The notes below the pieces were generated by a model that worked only from the letters and a program-made list of their open reading frames with translations, searched no databases and was not told where the DNA came from. A stretch of 63,540 bases of DNA, filler included, from Octopus bimaculoides (taxonomy: Eukaryota), in the NCBI RefSeq assembly GCF_001194135.2. It is 5 parts of 4 records of this genome, joined end to end, with 100 filler letters (N's around TTAATTAATTAA, not from the genome) between each part and the next. Parts side by side here need not be neighbours in the genome. Positions count along the whole stretch, not along the records: positions 1 to 21,729 come from NC_068989.1; 4 more parts are not named here. The stretch is one strand, 5' to 3'. A program made the translations under genes and the position numbers. Positions within the stretch are counted from its first letter, which is position 1, and the number at the start of each line of letters is the position of its first letter. This document shows, one piece after another, positions 1-11,373 of this stretch.

Positions 1-37
<37 letters not shown>

Positions 38-928
38 ATATCACGTCCTCACTTTGTTGTTTTTTTGTTTTTTTGTTATTGTTTTTTTGAACTATATATA
101 TATACATATGTATATATGTATGTATATATGTATATATACATATATATATATGAATGTATGTACAGACAAACACACAAACACGTACACACACACTCACACA
201 CACACACATGTGGCAAGTATCTTTTTATACTTCTAGAAGCCGTTCAGCATGTGAAGTTGAAATGAATAGCGTAATGACTTCAAAGACGAATACAGTTGAA
301 ACTAAAAAGAAAAAAATAAATGTTCATTGTTTTTCTAGTTTGAGCATTCGAATTTATTAGTGCAGCATTTACATACAGTGGACATTCGGTTCATCTGTTT
401 GTTTACTATAAAAGACATAAAGCCTGTTAGATTCATATGAAAGTGATATTTAGATTTCAAACAAATTTCACGTAACGTAGCAGTGTAGCTCCAGATAAAA
501 CAGAATATATGATTTATAAAATATACCCTCTTAAAATATTCTAGAATAACAAGCCTAATATAAGCATTAATTGACATTCAGTGACATTTGTAAGTAAAAT
601 AGATGTGAAATAAATATTTGGGATAGTAGGTAAAAAATGTGGAAATAATACGGTATATTTTGTAAAAGAAGAACGTCTATCGTAGTTTAAATCTGAAACG
701 GTTTGGAAAATAGTGAAAATGTATAATACACACTTGAAAAGAGATTTATGTTTCGCTTAAATTTTTCTCAGTTCAAAGCATCAAGGCGTGAAGTTGGTGA
801 AATGATGTATATTTGTAAATAGAGATATAATAAACGTCGCCAACATGTGCAATGTATACACACACATACACACTCACGCACATACTCACATACACACTCA
901 CGCACATACTTACACGCACATACCCTAA

Positions 929-988
<60 letters not shown>

Positions 989-1484
989 TATGTGTTTCAT
1001 GTTATGAAATGATATATAGGTGCCAGTTAAACTGAAGTATTCTGTAAGCATTAATCAGCATGTATCCGGCTGTAGAAATATCATGTAACTTGTTTGGAAG
1101 GGAAGTATATTGAGATTGGGGAAGATTTTCCTTGAGGAATTTAACAGAAAAAGTAGGTTAAATTCTTTAAAGGAATAATCCCCTCTCAAATACACAAAAT
1201 CTACATATTTATGGAGAGCGAATATCAATAAATGAACGAAAATACTGATATAGGTAAACATCATACAAACACACATTCACATCCACACACAGACACACGC
1301 GCGCACATACGCGCGCACATACGCGTAAACGCATAAACAAACATATCCATCTAGAAATGTTTATAGGTTTATATGAAGATACATACCACCCGCGTAGCTT
1401 CTAACCAACAAGGAAACATTTAACGCTTTCTTTTACTGACGTTCACGTTGGTGTTTACATGTTTTTCTTTTATACACACGCAAA

Positions 1485-1643
1485 CAGGCGTGGCTGTGTG
1501 GTAAGAAGCTTGTTTCTCCAACCACATAGTTCCGGGTTCAGTCCCACTGTGTGACATCTTAGGCAAGTGCCTTCTATTATAGCCCTGGGTCGATCAAAGC
1601 CCTGTGAGTGGATTTGGTAGGCAGAGAGTGAAAGAAGACCGTA

Positions 1644-1724
<81 letters not shown>

Positions 1725-1935
1725 TTTGCGCCTGTGTTTGTTCCTCCCATCACCGTTTGACAACCGGTGTTGGTGAGTTTATGTCTCCATAATTTAGCGG
1801 TTTGGCAACATAACCGATAAAATAAGTAATACGTTTTAAAAAATAAGTCCTGGGGTCGATTTGTTCGACTAAAACATTTCAAGGTGGTGCTCCAGCATAG
1901 CCGCAGTCGTCAAATGACTGAAACAAAAAAGTTAA
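1485..1935 (+). mobile_element. tRNA-derived SINE family A (octopus OR-like), near full length, with internal (TA)n(TG)n
   Basis: The head GGCGTGGCTGTGTGGTAAG...GGTTCAGTCCCAC (A/B-box-like), the body GATTTGGTAG, and the tail AAGTCCTGGGGTCGAT...GTGCTCCAGCATAGCCGCAGTC are collinear with the copies at 12650 and 56620. Confidence 0.9.
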
Positions 1936-2160
1936 CGAAAGTATAAAAGAATAGTTAAGTGAGATCCAGGTAAAAACCTTGTATAATGCTGTGCAAAGCT
2001 CATCCATTGTTAAAGTCTACCTGATGTCATCATATAGTAGAAATGCTACTGATACTAGATATATATCAGCAATTCCATATTATCCGTAGAGTTTATATAA
2101 TCAGGAAAAAGAAAGAAAATTAAAATTAACGACATTCTTTATTTAATATTACTACAATTG

Positions 2161-2491
2161 CCGAGTCCGATTTTGCCTTTCATCCTTTCGTGGTCGATAA
2201 ATTAAGTATCATTTGCGTACTGAGGTCGATCTAATCGATTGGCTTCCTCCCCACAAATGTCGGGCATTGTGCCTAGAGTAGAAAAAAATATTACTACAAC
2301 TGCCACGCCGGACGAAATGCTTAGCGGTTTTTCGTCTGTCTTTACGTTCTGAATTCAAATTCCGCCGAAGTCGACTTTGTCTTTCATCCTTTCGGGGGTC
2401 GATAAATTAAGTACCACTTGCGTACTGGGGTCGATTTAATTGACTGGCCACTTCCGCCAAAATTTCGAGCCTTGTGCCTAGAGTAGAAAAG
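2161..2491 (+). mobile_element. Two tandem 5'-truncated SINE family B copies (octopus OK-like)
   Basis: The motif GTCGACTTTG(C/T)CTTTCATCCTTTCGGGGTCGATAAATTAAGTACC...CTGGGGTCGAT occurs twice. The copies are separated and flanked by AATATTACTACAA(T/C)TGC. Confidence 0.85.
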
Positions 2492-3179
2492 AATATTATT
2501 ACAATTGCTTCGACACATTCTCACATGTGTATTACATAGGTGAAATGTGCAATCATTTTCTTACATTCAAGGTCTGCAGTGCGCCTCCTCGGATGATTGT
2601 TCGTCGTTAGATCCTCTCGCCATGTCACTCAGTCTGATACTGTATAACCCAGATTGCTGTATCATGTCTAGCAGTTCATATATAAAACTAAAACCATACG
2701 TACAGTGACAGACAAGATACAATTACAATCAAAATACAAAATACATTGATAAAAAAGGAAAAAAACAATAAATATAGACAAATGAAAATAACACGGTCCA
2801 GTTGACTATAAACTTCTATTCTATCTAAAGGTCAGATTATTAGGGAGACTGACTAGATAATGAATTATAGAATAAAATAAAATAAAATGCATAGAGATAA
2901 CAAGTGTTAAGTCGTTCGCGAATTGACCATTTCAGTACATGTCAACTGTTTCTTTGTCTTCTTTAAGGACCCAAATTTATTTCCTTCACCCCCGACAAAA
3001 ATGATTGATCCCATCTTATACAGAAAGGTAAATTTACTACCGTTTACTTACTATACGATTCCTTGAACGGATAAGAGGATATGCCCATCTTTCCCGCACA
3101 TACATTGCCCCATACAACAACATATAAAAGAAATATACCTTGCTTTGTATGTATATATATATATATAGACGTTCTTTTC

Positions 3180-3426
3180 TTTATTTACATTATATACATT
3201 TGACGGATATTTGTCCTCATCTTGTTTGTTGTTAATACAACGTTTCGGCTGATATACCCTATATACCCTCCAGCTTTCATCAGGTGTCTTGGGGAAATTT
3301 CGAACCTGGGTTCTCATTCCTAAGGTATTTTTCGATGTTATTGTTATTATTATTATCATTATTATGGAATCGAACTCTGAATCTTGGAGTTAGTAGCCCG
3401 CGCTCGTAACCACTACGTCATATGCC
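3180..3426 (-). mobile_element. SINE family C: tRNA-like head, (AAT)n, and a tail with a hammerhead-like core
   Basis: The minus strand reads GACGTAGTGGTTACGAGCGCGGGCTACTAACTCCAAGATTCAGAGTTCGATTCC (A/B boxes), then (AAT)n, then ...ACAC-CTGATGA-A-AGCTG...CAGCC-GAAA-CGTTGTA. It is collinear with 51339-51608. Confidence 0.85.
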
Positions 3427-4229
3427 TTACCACAGACTATACTAGTAGTCACAAACCCAACAAAATGTTTATAAAAATGCGATGTTTTGTGGGGGTAATT
3501 CAAACCTTCGGATTACAAATACCATCCAAGATTGCTAGTGATTTCTTTCCTGCATCAGATTTTCCAAGATCTAAGAAATACTACTAGGTTTTTAACAAGC
3601 ATACAGTGAAAGTATAGTAGGCTATCTCTTATAATCTAGATTTTAGATTCTAGAATACATTTGTAAACTTGATAATAGAAAGATAAACCGGGAATAAATT
3701 AACACGATCAATGGGGGTAAAGATTGAAACGATCCACCCAATAAGAACTGCAAACCAGTCTAAATAATTTTTGGGGAATAATAGTACAGACGACGGCAAG
3801 AATAATATAAGTAAAAATAGATTACTAGACGGAAATAAATTGACTTCGAATAGAAAATGCATCGAAACAATTGTAGCATTATTACTTAAAAATGCTATTA
3901 ATTCCATATATANNNNNNNNNNNNNNNNNNNNNNNNNNNNNNNNNNNNNNNNNNNNNNNNNNNNNNNNNNNNNNNNNNNNNNNNNNNNNNNNNNNNNNNN
4001 NNNNNNNNNNNNNNNNNNNNNNNNNNNNNNNNNNNNNNNNNNNNNNNNNNNNNNNNNNNNNNNNNNNNNNNNNNNNNNNNNNNNNNNNNNNNNNNNNNNN
4101 NNNNNNNNNNNNNNNNNNNNNNNNNNNNNNNNNNNNNNNNNNNNNNNNNNNNNNNNNNNNNNNNNNNNNNNNNAAAATTCATTTAAATCCGAAATTGTAC
4201 ATTCAAATGATTTATTAATAGTTATAATA

Positions 4230-4375
4230 GGCGTACGAGCGGCTGTGTGGTAAGTACCTTGCTTACGAACCACACTGTCCGGGTTCAGTCCCATTGCGTG
4301 GCCCCTTGGGCAAGTGTCTTTTGCTATAGCCTCGGACCGAGCAAAGCCTTGTGAGTGGATTTGGTAGACGGAAAC
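4230..4375 (+). mobile_element. SINE family A, 5' half
   Basis: GGCTGTGTGGTAAG...GGGTTCAGTCCCA...GTGAGTGGATTTGGTAGACGGAAAC. Confidence 0.85.
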
Positions 4376-4459
4376 AGCAGATTTGTTTCATTATTGACAT
4401 TTTTATGCTATTGGCACAAAGTCTGAAATTTACGTGGGAGGTGGTTGCCGACTTCTTCA

Positions 4460-4612
4460 ACACCAGTGCTCAACTGGTTCGGACCTTATTTTATTAATCC
4501 CAAAAGGATAAAAATCAAACTCGATCTGGGCGGAATTTGAACTAGGAACGTTAAAACCTGAAGAAACGCTGCTAAGCGTTTTGTCCGGCGTGCTAACGAT
4601 TCTGACAGCTGT
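4460..4612 (-). mobile_element. SINE family B, degenerate
   Basis: GGCGGAATTTGAACT...GCTAAGCGTTTTGTCCGGCGTGCTAACG is the reverse complement of the family B head. Confidence 0.75.
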
Positions 4613-4734
4613 TTATCTGAAATCAAAGGAAGTAATTATAGTTTGAATCATCCATTTTGACGCGACATATTAAAGGAAAATGAGATTTTGAAATCGGGTT
4701 TAATAAAAGTAGAACTCAAATATATAAATCATTT

Positions 4735-5165
4735 TATCTTTTACTTGTTTAGTCACTGGACTTCGCCCAAGCTGGAGTACCTCCTTGAAGGGTTTTAGTC
4801 GAACAGATGGAATCCAGTATTTATTTTTCTGTGTGGTACTTATTCTATCTCCTGCCGGACTGCTTAGTTACGAGGAAGTAGAAAAATTACACCAGAGGTC
4901 AAGCTAGTGTGGGGGACAAACGCACACACAACCTCACACACACACATATATGTACACACACGCACACACACACACACACGCGTACGCACACACACACATG
5001 CATATACGACAATCTTCCTTCAGCTTCAGTCTACGAAACCAGTCACAAGGCTTTGATCGGCCCAGGGCTATAAAAGAAGGCACATGGTGAATGTGTCACG
5101 CAGTGAGACTGAACCTGAAACCATGAAGTTGGTAATCAAACTTCGTACACAGTTACGCCTGCTCC
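4735..5165 (-). mobile_element. SINE family A, diverged full-length copy
   Basis: Reverse-complement family A motifs are in order: TTTTACTTGTTT, GCTGGAG, GGGGGACAAAC, (CA)n, CAAGGCTTTGATCGGCCC, GACTGAACC. Confidence 0.8.
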
Positions 5166-5655
5166 TATATTTATTTTTGCTTTATTTATTCTGTTGTATA
5201 CCGAATTTTTACTAGTTTAGAATGCTTTATCGCATGCGTTTACCTGAGTCCCACATAATTTTTGTCCCAAGAGGCATAATGTATCTGACATAATAATATA
5301 TTATCGAATCCTACAAGCTGCGTCAGCTTAGTCATGTTTCTCATTAAAGAAATTCGTTTAAGCTGCACATGAAGAGCCATTTTTACTACCAAGACTCCAA
5401 TATATTAACTAAGAATTCAGTGACGTACATATGTTTATTGGAAACGAATATTATATCACTGAAATGTTCCCTGCATCTCAAAGAACAAATGTATAAACAT
5501 TTTCAAAAGTCGTCTGTATAAATATTAGCAACTGCCATTGAAACTGTGTTAGCAACTGAAACGAATCGTTGAAATAGTTTTGTAGTCTTGAAAAAATTAC
5601 GGATAGCAAAACAATTTAAAACAGTTGTAATATCGAAAATTAATATCATATTTTG

Positions 5656-5698
<43 letters not shown>

Positions 5699-6103
5699 GG
5701 TCTATATATCTATACATACATAAACAACACACATGTTCAGACATATGTTGATTACAGGAAATTCTAATACTTATATTTTGCACAAAGCGGAGACAGCCGG
5801 AAATAATTTCTTTACATTTGCCAACGGGATAAGTAATTCTAATTAATTTTATTAAATATAATTACCAGTGCTTTATTAACTCTTGTTCTATATATTACTT
5901 TAGTGTCGTTTCTCTAACTGTTTCAAAAGCATTGATTTGTCAACTAATAAATAATTCATAAAAATATAAATGTAGCGTGTAAGAAACTATATTTATATAT
6001 GCATATATTTATGTTTGTTAACTAACACACACACACACACTCACACACACACACATGCACACACGCACACACACACATGCGCACGCGCGCGCAAACACAT
6101 ACA

Positions 6104-6790
6104 CATTAGGTTGTATATAAAGAAATCCTGTCCCATTTTCATATTGTTTTGTGGGACTTTTTGTGATATTCACGAAAGAATAAGTATTAACTTTTACACT
6201 CTAATGTTTTCTTCTTTCTTTAGATTACTGTTTAATTATAATGGCTAACGTATCGCTTTTACCGTTTCAAAATAAGATCTATATCAGACACTGTATGCAG
6301 ACGATGAATATAGACATGGTGTATGAATTCAAAAAGGGCTCTTCAGCAATAGAAATAGCAAGAAATTTTCGTTCTGTCTATGGGAATGGAGCTTTAAGTG
6401 CCTATATATACAAACTACGTTTCGGCCAGTTGCACAAGGGAAACTTCTCTTTTGCAGATTCCCCTCGATCTCTCAATATTGAGCTTCTGGAAATCATTGT
6501 TGAGGAAAATCCATAGAAGACTGCACGAAAATTAGTAAAACCGATCAATTGAAGACTCACTTCAATTACAAAATACCTTCATGTACTGGGAAAATTGTCA
6601 AAACATGGATAGTGGGTCCCTTAATATCCGACTGCTTTTCAGCTTAAGCGAAGTTGTCTTTGCCTCATCATTGAAGAGTAGGCTTGATATCAAATCTATC
6701 CTAGTTAGAATCATCACTAGGGATAAAAATCGGTTTCTCACCGAGAGATCACCAATATGCCAAAAGTATTGGATTATATGATCCGTATAC
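6104..6790 (+). mobile_element. mariner transposase remnant (N-terminal HTH to start of DD34D domain), 3' part lost
   Basis: The translation IRHCM..VYEFKKGSSAIEIARNFRSVYGNGAL...GNFSFADSPRS..IELLEIIVEENP, then ILVRIITRDKNR (decayed RIVTGDEKW), matches mariner. A TIR-like ATTAGGTTG lies at ~6105. Stops and frameshifts are present. Confidence 0.85.
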
Positions 6791-6890
6791 TCTAAAGTAT
6801 ATATACAGAGAAAATCCCATTCGAAACATATGAAGTAGAAATGTAAATAAATAGCTTTAATTTTTATTTTCGTTCTCTGATTTTGACCAC

Positions 6891-6956
<66 letters not shown>

Positions 6957-7021
6957 GTTTGTGTGTGTGTGTGCTTGTGTGCGCGCGCGTNNNNNNNNNN
7001 NNNNNNNNNNNNNNNNNNNNN

Positions 7022-7060
<39 letters not shown>

Positions 7061-7067
7061 TTATGAT

Positions 7068-7358
7068 GGACTCTTCCCTTGAAGACGACGTATGAGCATT
7101 CATCTTTGACTGAACAACCTGCACAAATGATTTGTTTATAATGATAAAATGTATGTGCCGTACACTAGTCCACTCCGTCCATCAAATCGAAGTCGTCTGA
7201 ACAGGTACACAGCGGACCACGCGACTGATGTCGAAGTGATCACAGTGAAATGTGAGATGAAGTGGTTTACCCAAGAACAGAACACACCCCACCCCGTCTA
7301 AGAATTGAAACCGCAATCTCGCTCGTACAGTACCTTAGCCAATATGCCAATATGCCAT
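7068..7358 (-). mobile_element. Probable SINE (family D)
   Basis: The minus strand has a tRNA-like head with a B-box-like GGTTTCAATTC. This is followed by a TTCTTGGGTAAACCACTTCATCTCAC core-like block and a GC-richer body ending at (AT)n. It is the only copy in the window. Confidence 0.55.
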
Positions 7359-8402
7359 GCATCACTCTCATATACATACATACATACATACATACATACA
7401 TACATACATACATACATACATACATACGTACATTTCAACTTTTGGAAAATCAGTGTAAAATGTGAAACCGGTTAAAGCTTTAAATGTACGAATAAAAAAT
7501 TATTTTAACTGTTCACAGTGCATTTTCAACTTCAATTTTTTCTATATTTNNNNNNNNNNNNNNNNNNNNNNNNNNNNNNNNNNNNNNNNNNNNNNNNNNN
7601 NNNNNNNNNNNNNNNNNNNNNNNNNNNNNNNNNNNNNNNNNNNNNNNNNNNNNNNNNNNNNNNNNNNNNNNNNNNNNNNNNNNNNNNNNNNNNNNNNNNN
7701 NNNNNNNNNNNNNNNNNNNNNNNNNNNNNNNNNNNNNNNNNNNNNNNNNNNNNNNNNNNNNNNNNNNNNNNNNNNNNNNNNNNNNNNNNNNNNNNNNNNN
7801 NNNNNNNNNNNNNNNNNNNNNNNNNNNNNNNNNNNNTATCTTCTGCTACAAAACTAGACGATTGTATAGTATTTCGTTATTGTTTTTTTTTAATGTTACT
7901 TGATCATGTTTATATCGATTTGTTAAAGGGTATTTGCATGTTTTAATGAATAGGAAATCAAGACATCTAAACATGAAATTAATAAAGAAAGATTTCAAGC
8001 AGGATTATTCTTTTGATGAAATTTATAAGGTTCCTTTGTGTGGAAAGTGTGTTCTGACATCTAAAATATTTGTTGTTTCTACTGGTTACAAAAGCCATTT
8101 TCTTCTACGTTATGGCAATCACGCAAAAACAAAAAAGCAATAAGAACAAAAACAAAAACAACTTCAATTAGCAATCTAGGCCTCCACCGACGTGGGTCAG
8201 TGGGAACTTCTATATCGATTAGCATATTCACTTTTCATTAAAAAGTACATTCTATTTCTTATTATCAGGATTTCATATTTTCTCAAAAACTTTCTCTCGT
8301 TCCTGAGTTGATATGTCTTTTTTAAAAATTTTTCTTGTGCCATTCACTTATTATTCTTCCTCTATATCTTTCCAGATTTTGATTTAATATCAGTAAAATC
8401 AA

Positions 8403-8544
8403 GCTGGCGAGCTGGCTGAATTATTAGCAAATAGGGCAAAATGATTAGCGCCATTTCGTCCGTTTTATGTTTTGAGTTCAAATTCCGGTGATGTTGACTT
8501 TGTGTTTCATCCTTTTGGTGTCGATAATAGCAGTTAAACACTGG
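8403..8544 (+). mobile_element. SINE family B 5' part, cut off by the hammerhead module
   Basis: GGCGAGCTGGC...GAGTTCAAATTCCG...CATCCTTTTGGTGTCGATAA...CACTGG, after which similarity to the SINE stops. No continuation is seen after 11548. Confidence 0.8.
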
Positions 8545-8715
8545 TTTAGGACGAATGTTTCTTTAATTTAGCCCCAGAAGACATCGTCTCCAGTTGGCTA
8601 TACGACACGATCTGTGTCCTTATATTTTCGAACAAGGGAATCTTGCACCCCCACTCAGCTCAGAACTATATCTGTGTATCGCGATTTCCAGGTTATTTCC
8701 CTTCACCAGCACAGA
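8541..8715 (-). ncRNA. 175-bp hammerhead-ribozyme module, left inverted copy (core mutated to CUGGUGA)
   Basis: The minus strand reads TCTGTG-CTGGTGA-A-GGG AAATAA CCT-G-GAAA-TCGCGA-TA-CACAGA, with a perfect 6-bp stem I. It is about 90% identical to 11374-11548, without indels. Confidence 0.8.
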
Positions 8716-8744
8716 GGTAAATTAACCTTTGCTGGTTAATTTAC

Positions 8745-10530
8745 ACAACCTGTCTATATCTCGTGACTACAGCTTGTTTCGTTGACGACCTTAGGTTACA
8801 AGATATAGATGTGGATGAGCCGAGCGTTCCGCAGTGGACGTGGAGCAATAACGACGGCTCATGCAGATCTTATATAAATAGGCTATTCTTTAGAGATAGA
8901 GATAGGGATACTTTTAGTTATCCACAATTATGTATTGTCCCTTACACGGATCACAAATTTGTGGCGTGTGAGGTACATAGAGATAAATGTCATAGACAGG
9001 GACCCGGGTACCGGAAGGTGAACAAGTCTAATTTGACTTGTGAAACCTTCTGCGTCCGGATTAAGGAAGTACTACAGAGGGCGCTATGTGGCGGCATCAT
9101 TAATAATAGATGGTGGGAGGCCCTCAAGAGAGCCATTCGTTTAGAGTCTATTAGATTTAGCAATCAGCTAAGTTGAGATATATCTAAAATACAAGGGGAA
9201 TTATCTAAGAATTTAGACGAGGCAATGGAATCTGGCTGTGCATCTAGAGTGTTGGCGGCGAGAACGGCTTTGTACCGTCACCGCCAAGCCAAACGCGAAG
9301 GCTGCAGAGTTCGAGCTAAGCTACGTGCAGTGGGACGAGAAGGTATTAACGTTATCAGATGGGCGCGTCGTGTTGAGATTCAGAGGGGCAAAAACGTCTC
9401 TATAATGTCTTTAACTGACGAACACGGGCGGAAGATCTATGGGCAGGAAAAGATGCAAAAGGCCTTTCACCAGCATTTCGCCCGGTCGTTTGGGCAGGGC
9501 GACGCGCTTGAGCGTGGGGTGGCCCTAAAGGGCTTCCGCGCCGATGAGCCGCGGCTCTCGGCACGGGAGGCAGACTGCTGTGAAGGACTGAATACACCTG
9601 CGGAGGTCAAAGAGGAGTTGGCCGGGTATGCTGGGGACAAGTCGTCGGGAATGGATTGTCTACCCTATAAGTATTATCGTAGCATGCCGAACTTGCTGGC
9701 CAGCGTCTACACAAACCGGCAACACAATAGGAAGATTCCCAGCCCTGTGAGTCGGGGAGTGGTCAGAGAGGATCCGAACTTGAACTTTCCGGATCCTGCG
9801 GGGAGCTGGAAGAAACCGTTAGCACGCCGGGTGAAATACTTATCACTATTTCGTCTGCCGTTACGTTCTGAGTTCAAATTCCGCCGGAGTCGACTTTGCC
9901 TTTCATCCTTTCGGGGTCAATAAATTAAGTACCAGTTAATCCCTTTGTCTGTCCTTGTTTATCCCCTCTATGTTTAGCCCCTTGTGGGTAATAAAGAAAT
10001 AAGAAAGGATCCCAGCAAGGGTATATTATAAGTAACTACAGGCACATAACTCTACTCAAAGGCGTTAGCTAAAAGGTTGACGCGTGTCGTGCAGAAACTT
10101 GTAAGGAAGGCGCAGACATGCACTATTCCAGGACAATTTTCACCTTATACGCTACACCTTAGACAGCGTGGGTAAATTAACCGGCAAAGGTGGGGCACTG
10201 GTCCATTTAGACAAAGCAAAGCTTTCGATAGGGTAGACCACCAATACCTGGCGGCGGTCCTTGAAGAGCCTGGGCTGGGCCTGGATTTCCGTGGTTGCCA
10301 TTTATAGCGGCATCAACATCACCGTCTAGGTAAACGGTTACTTATCGGAGCCGTTTCAGATCAAGCGCTCGGATCAAGCGCTCGGTTCTGTATGTATTGG
10401 CTCTTGAGCCATTACTGCGGAAGTTGGAGAATCTGGGGGCATCCCCAATGGAATCGGATGCAGTAAGTCTGTCTCTGCCTATGCGGATGACGTCACCATC
10501 ATCGTGTCCAATTAAGCTCAGTTACCTTGC
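8745..10530 (+). mobile_element. L1/Tx1-clade LINE ORF2 fragment X1 (APE endonuclease C-terminus, linker, RT up to YADD), pseudogenised
   Basis: Translations give WTWSNNDGSCRSYINR...PYTDHK...GPGYRKVN (APE end), KAFDRVDHQYL, and SAYADDVTIIVSN*AQLPC (RT). Frameshifts and stops are present. Confidence 0.92.
9798..10005 (+). mobile_element. SINE family B inserted in the LINE
   Basis: The sequence runs GCGGGGAGCTGG...GAGTTCAAATTCCGCC...AGCCCCTTGTGGGTAATAAAGAAATAAG. AGGATCC is duplicated on both sides (9769 and 10006). Confidence 0.9.
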
Positions 10531-11370
10531 TTAGAGTTGCTCGCGGAAACGGTGACAGTTGGAGAAACAATGATGAATGTGTGGGTAGAGGGTAGAATCC
10601 CGTGTTGCTATAAATGTGGCCAAAAAGGCCACATTAGAGCGGACTGCCCTCTGAAAAATAAGCCAACCCAGGAAAGAGCAGAGAAGGAACTGGAAAGGAT
10701 AGAAGAAAGAAATGAGGAAGATGGATGGCAAGATACGGGAAGAAAACAGGGGAAGAGGAAAAGGACAGCTTAAGTGAACCCCAGCCCGTACCCACCTCAC
10801 CCATACCCTCTCAACCCCACCTCCTCTTGCAGACACCAAACCCACCCATTCCCCTCCGACACAAAAAAGAAAAAAAGAACAGCAGTCACACAAAAAAACC
10901 GCAGAACGACCTTCCCACTTGTTTTTTTGCGCCTTATTAAAAGGTGTAAAAAAGGATGTGGTAGATAAGCTTGTGCAATGGAAAGATGTAAAAGTGATAA
11001 ACATTAAGGGAATGAAAAAAGAAAAAAATGATTTTAGGCGTATTGGTGCCAGGACACAGAATGAAAATAATAAGAAACTGTAAAGAAAGCGCGGAATACG
11101 GACAAAGAGTATTCGACATAAATGAAGTACCGCACGGAATAGATTATGATAAATTACTGGGCCTATATGGCATTAACTTTAATTGGATATGAAAGGACAA
11201 TAATGCCGCTGAAGTGGGGTTTGTGGAACATTCTTCATATATCATTATCATGTATCATTCATATTTTCATAATTGTATTTTAATTGTTATATGACTCCAC
11301 ATGTCTTGTGTTGTCCCCTCTATGTATGATATTTTTGTTGTTGTAAAGAAATAACCTCTAGCCGAACAAT
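10531..11370 (+). mobile_element. Tx1-like ORF1 (gag) C-terminal half plus 3' UTR (H2), with no ORF2 between them
   Basis: It encodes LELLAETVTVGETMMNVWVEGRIPC and a CX2CX4HX4C knuckle (CYKCGQKGHIRADC), then a K/E-rich tail. The 3' UTR resembles 41080-41332 and ends in CGAACAAT. Confidence 0.8.
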
Positions 11371-11373
11371 TAT

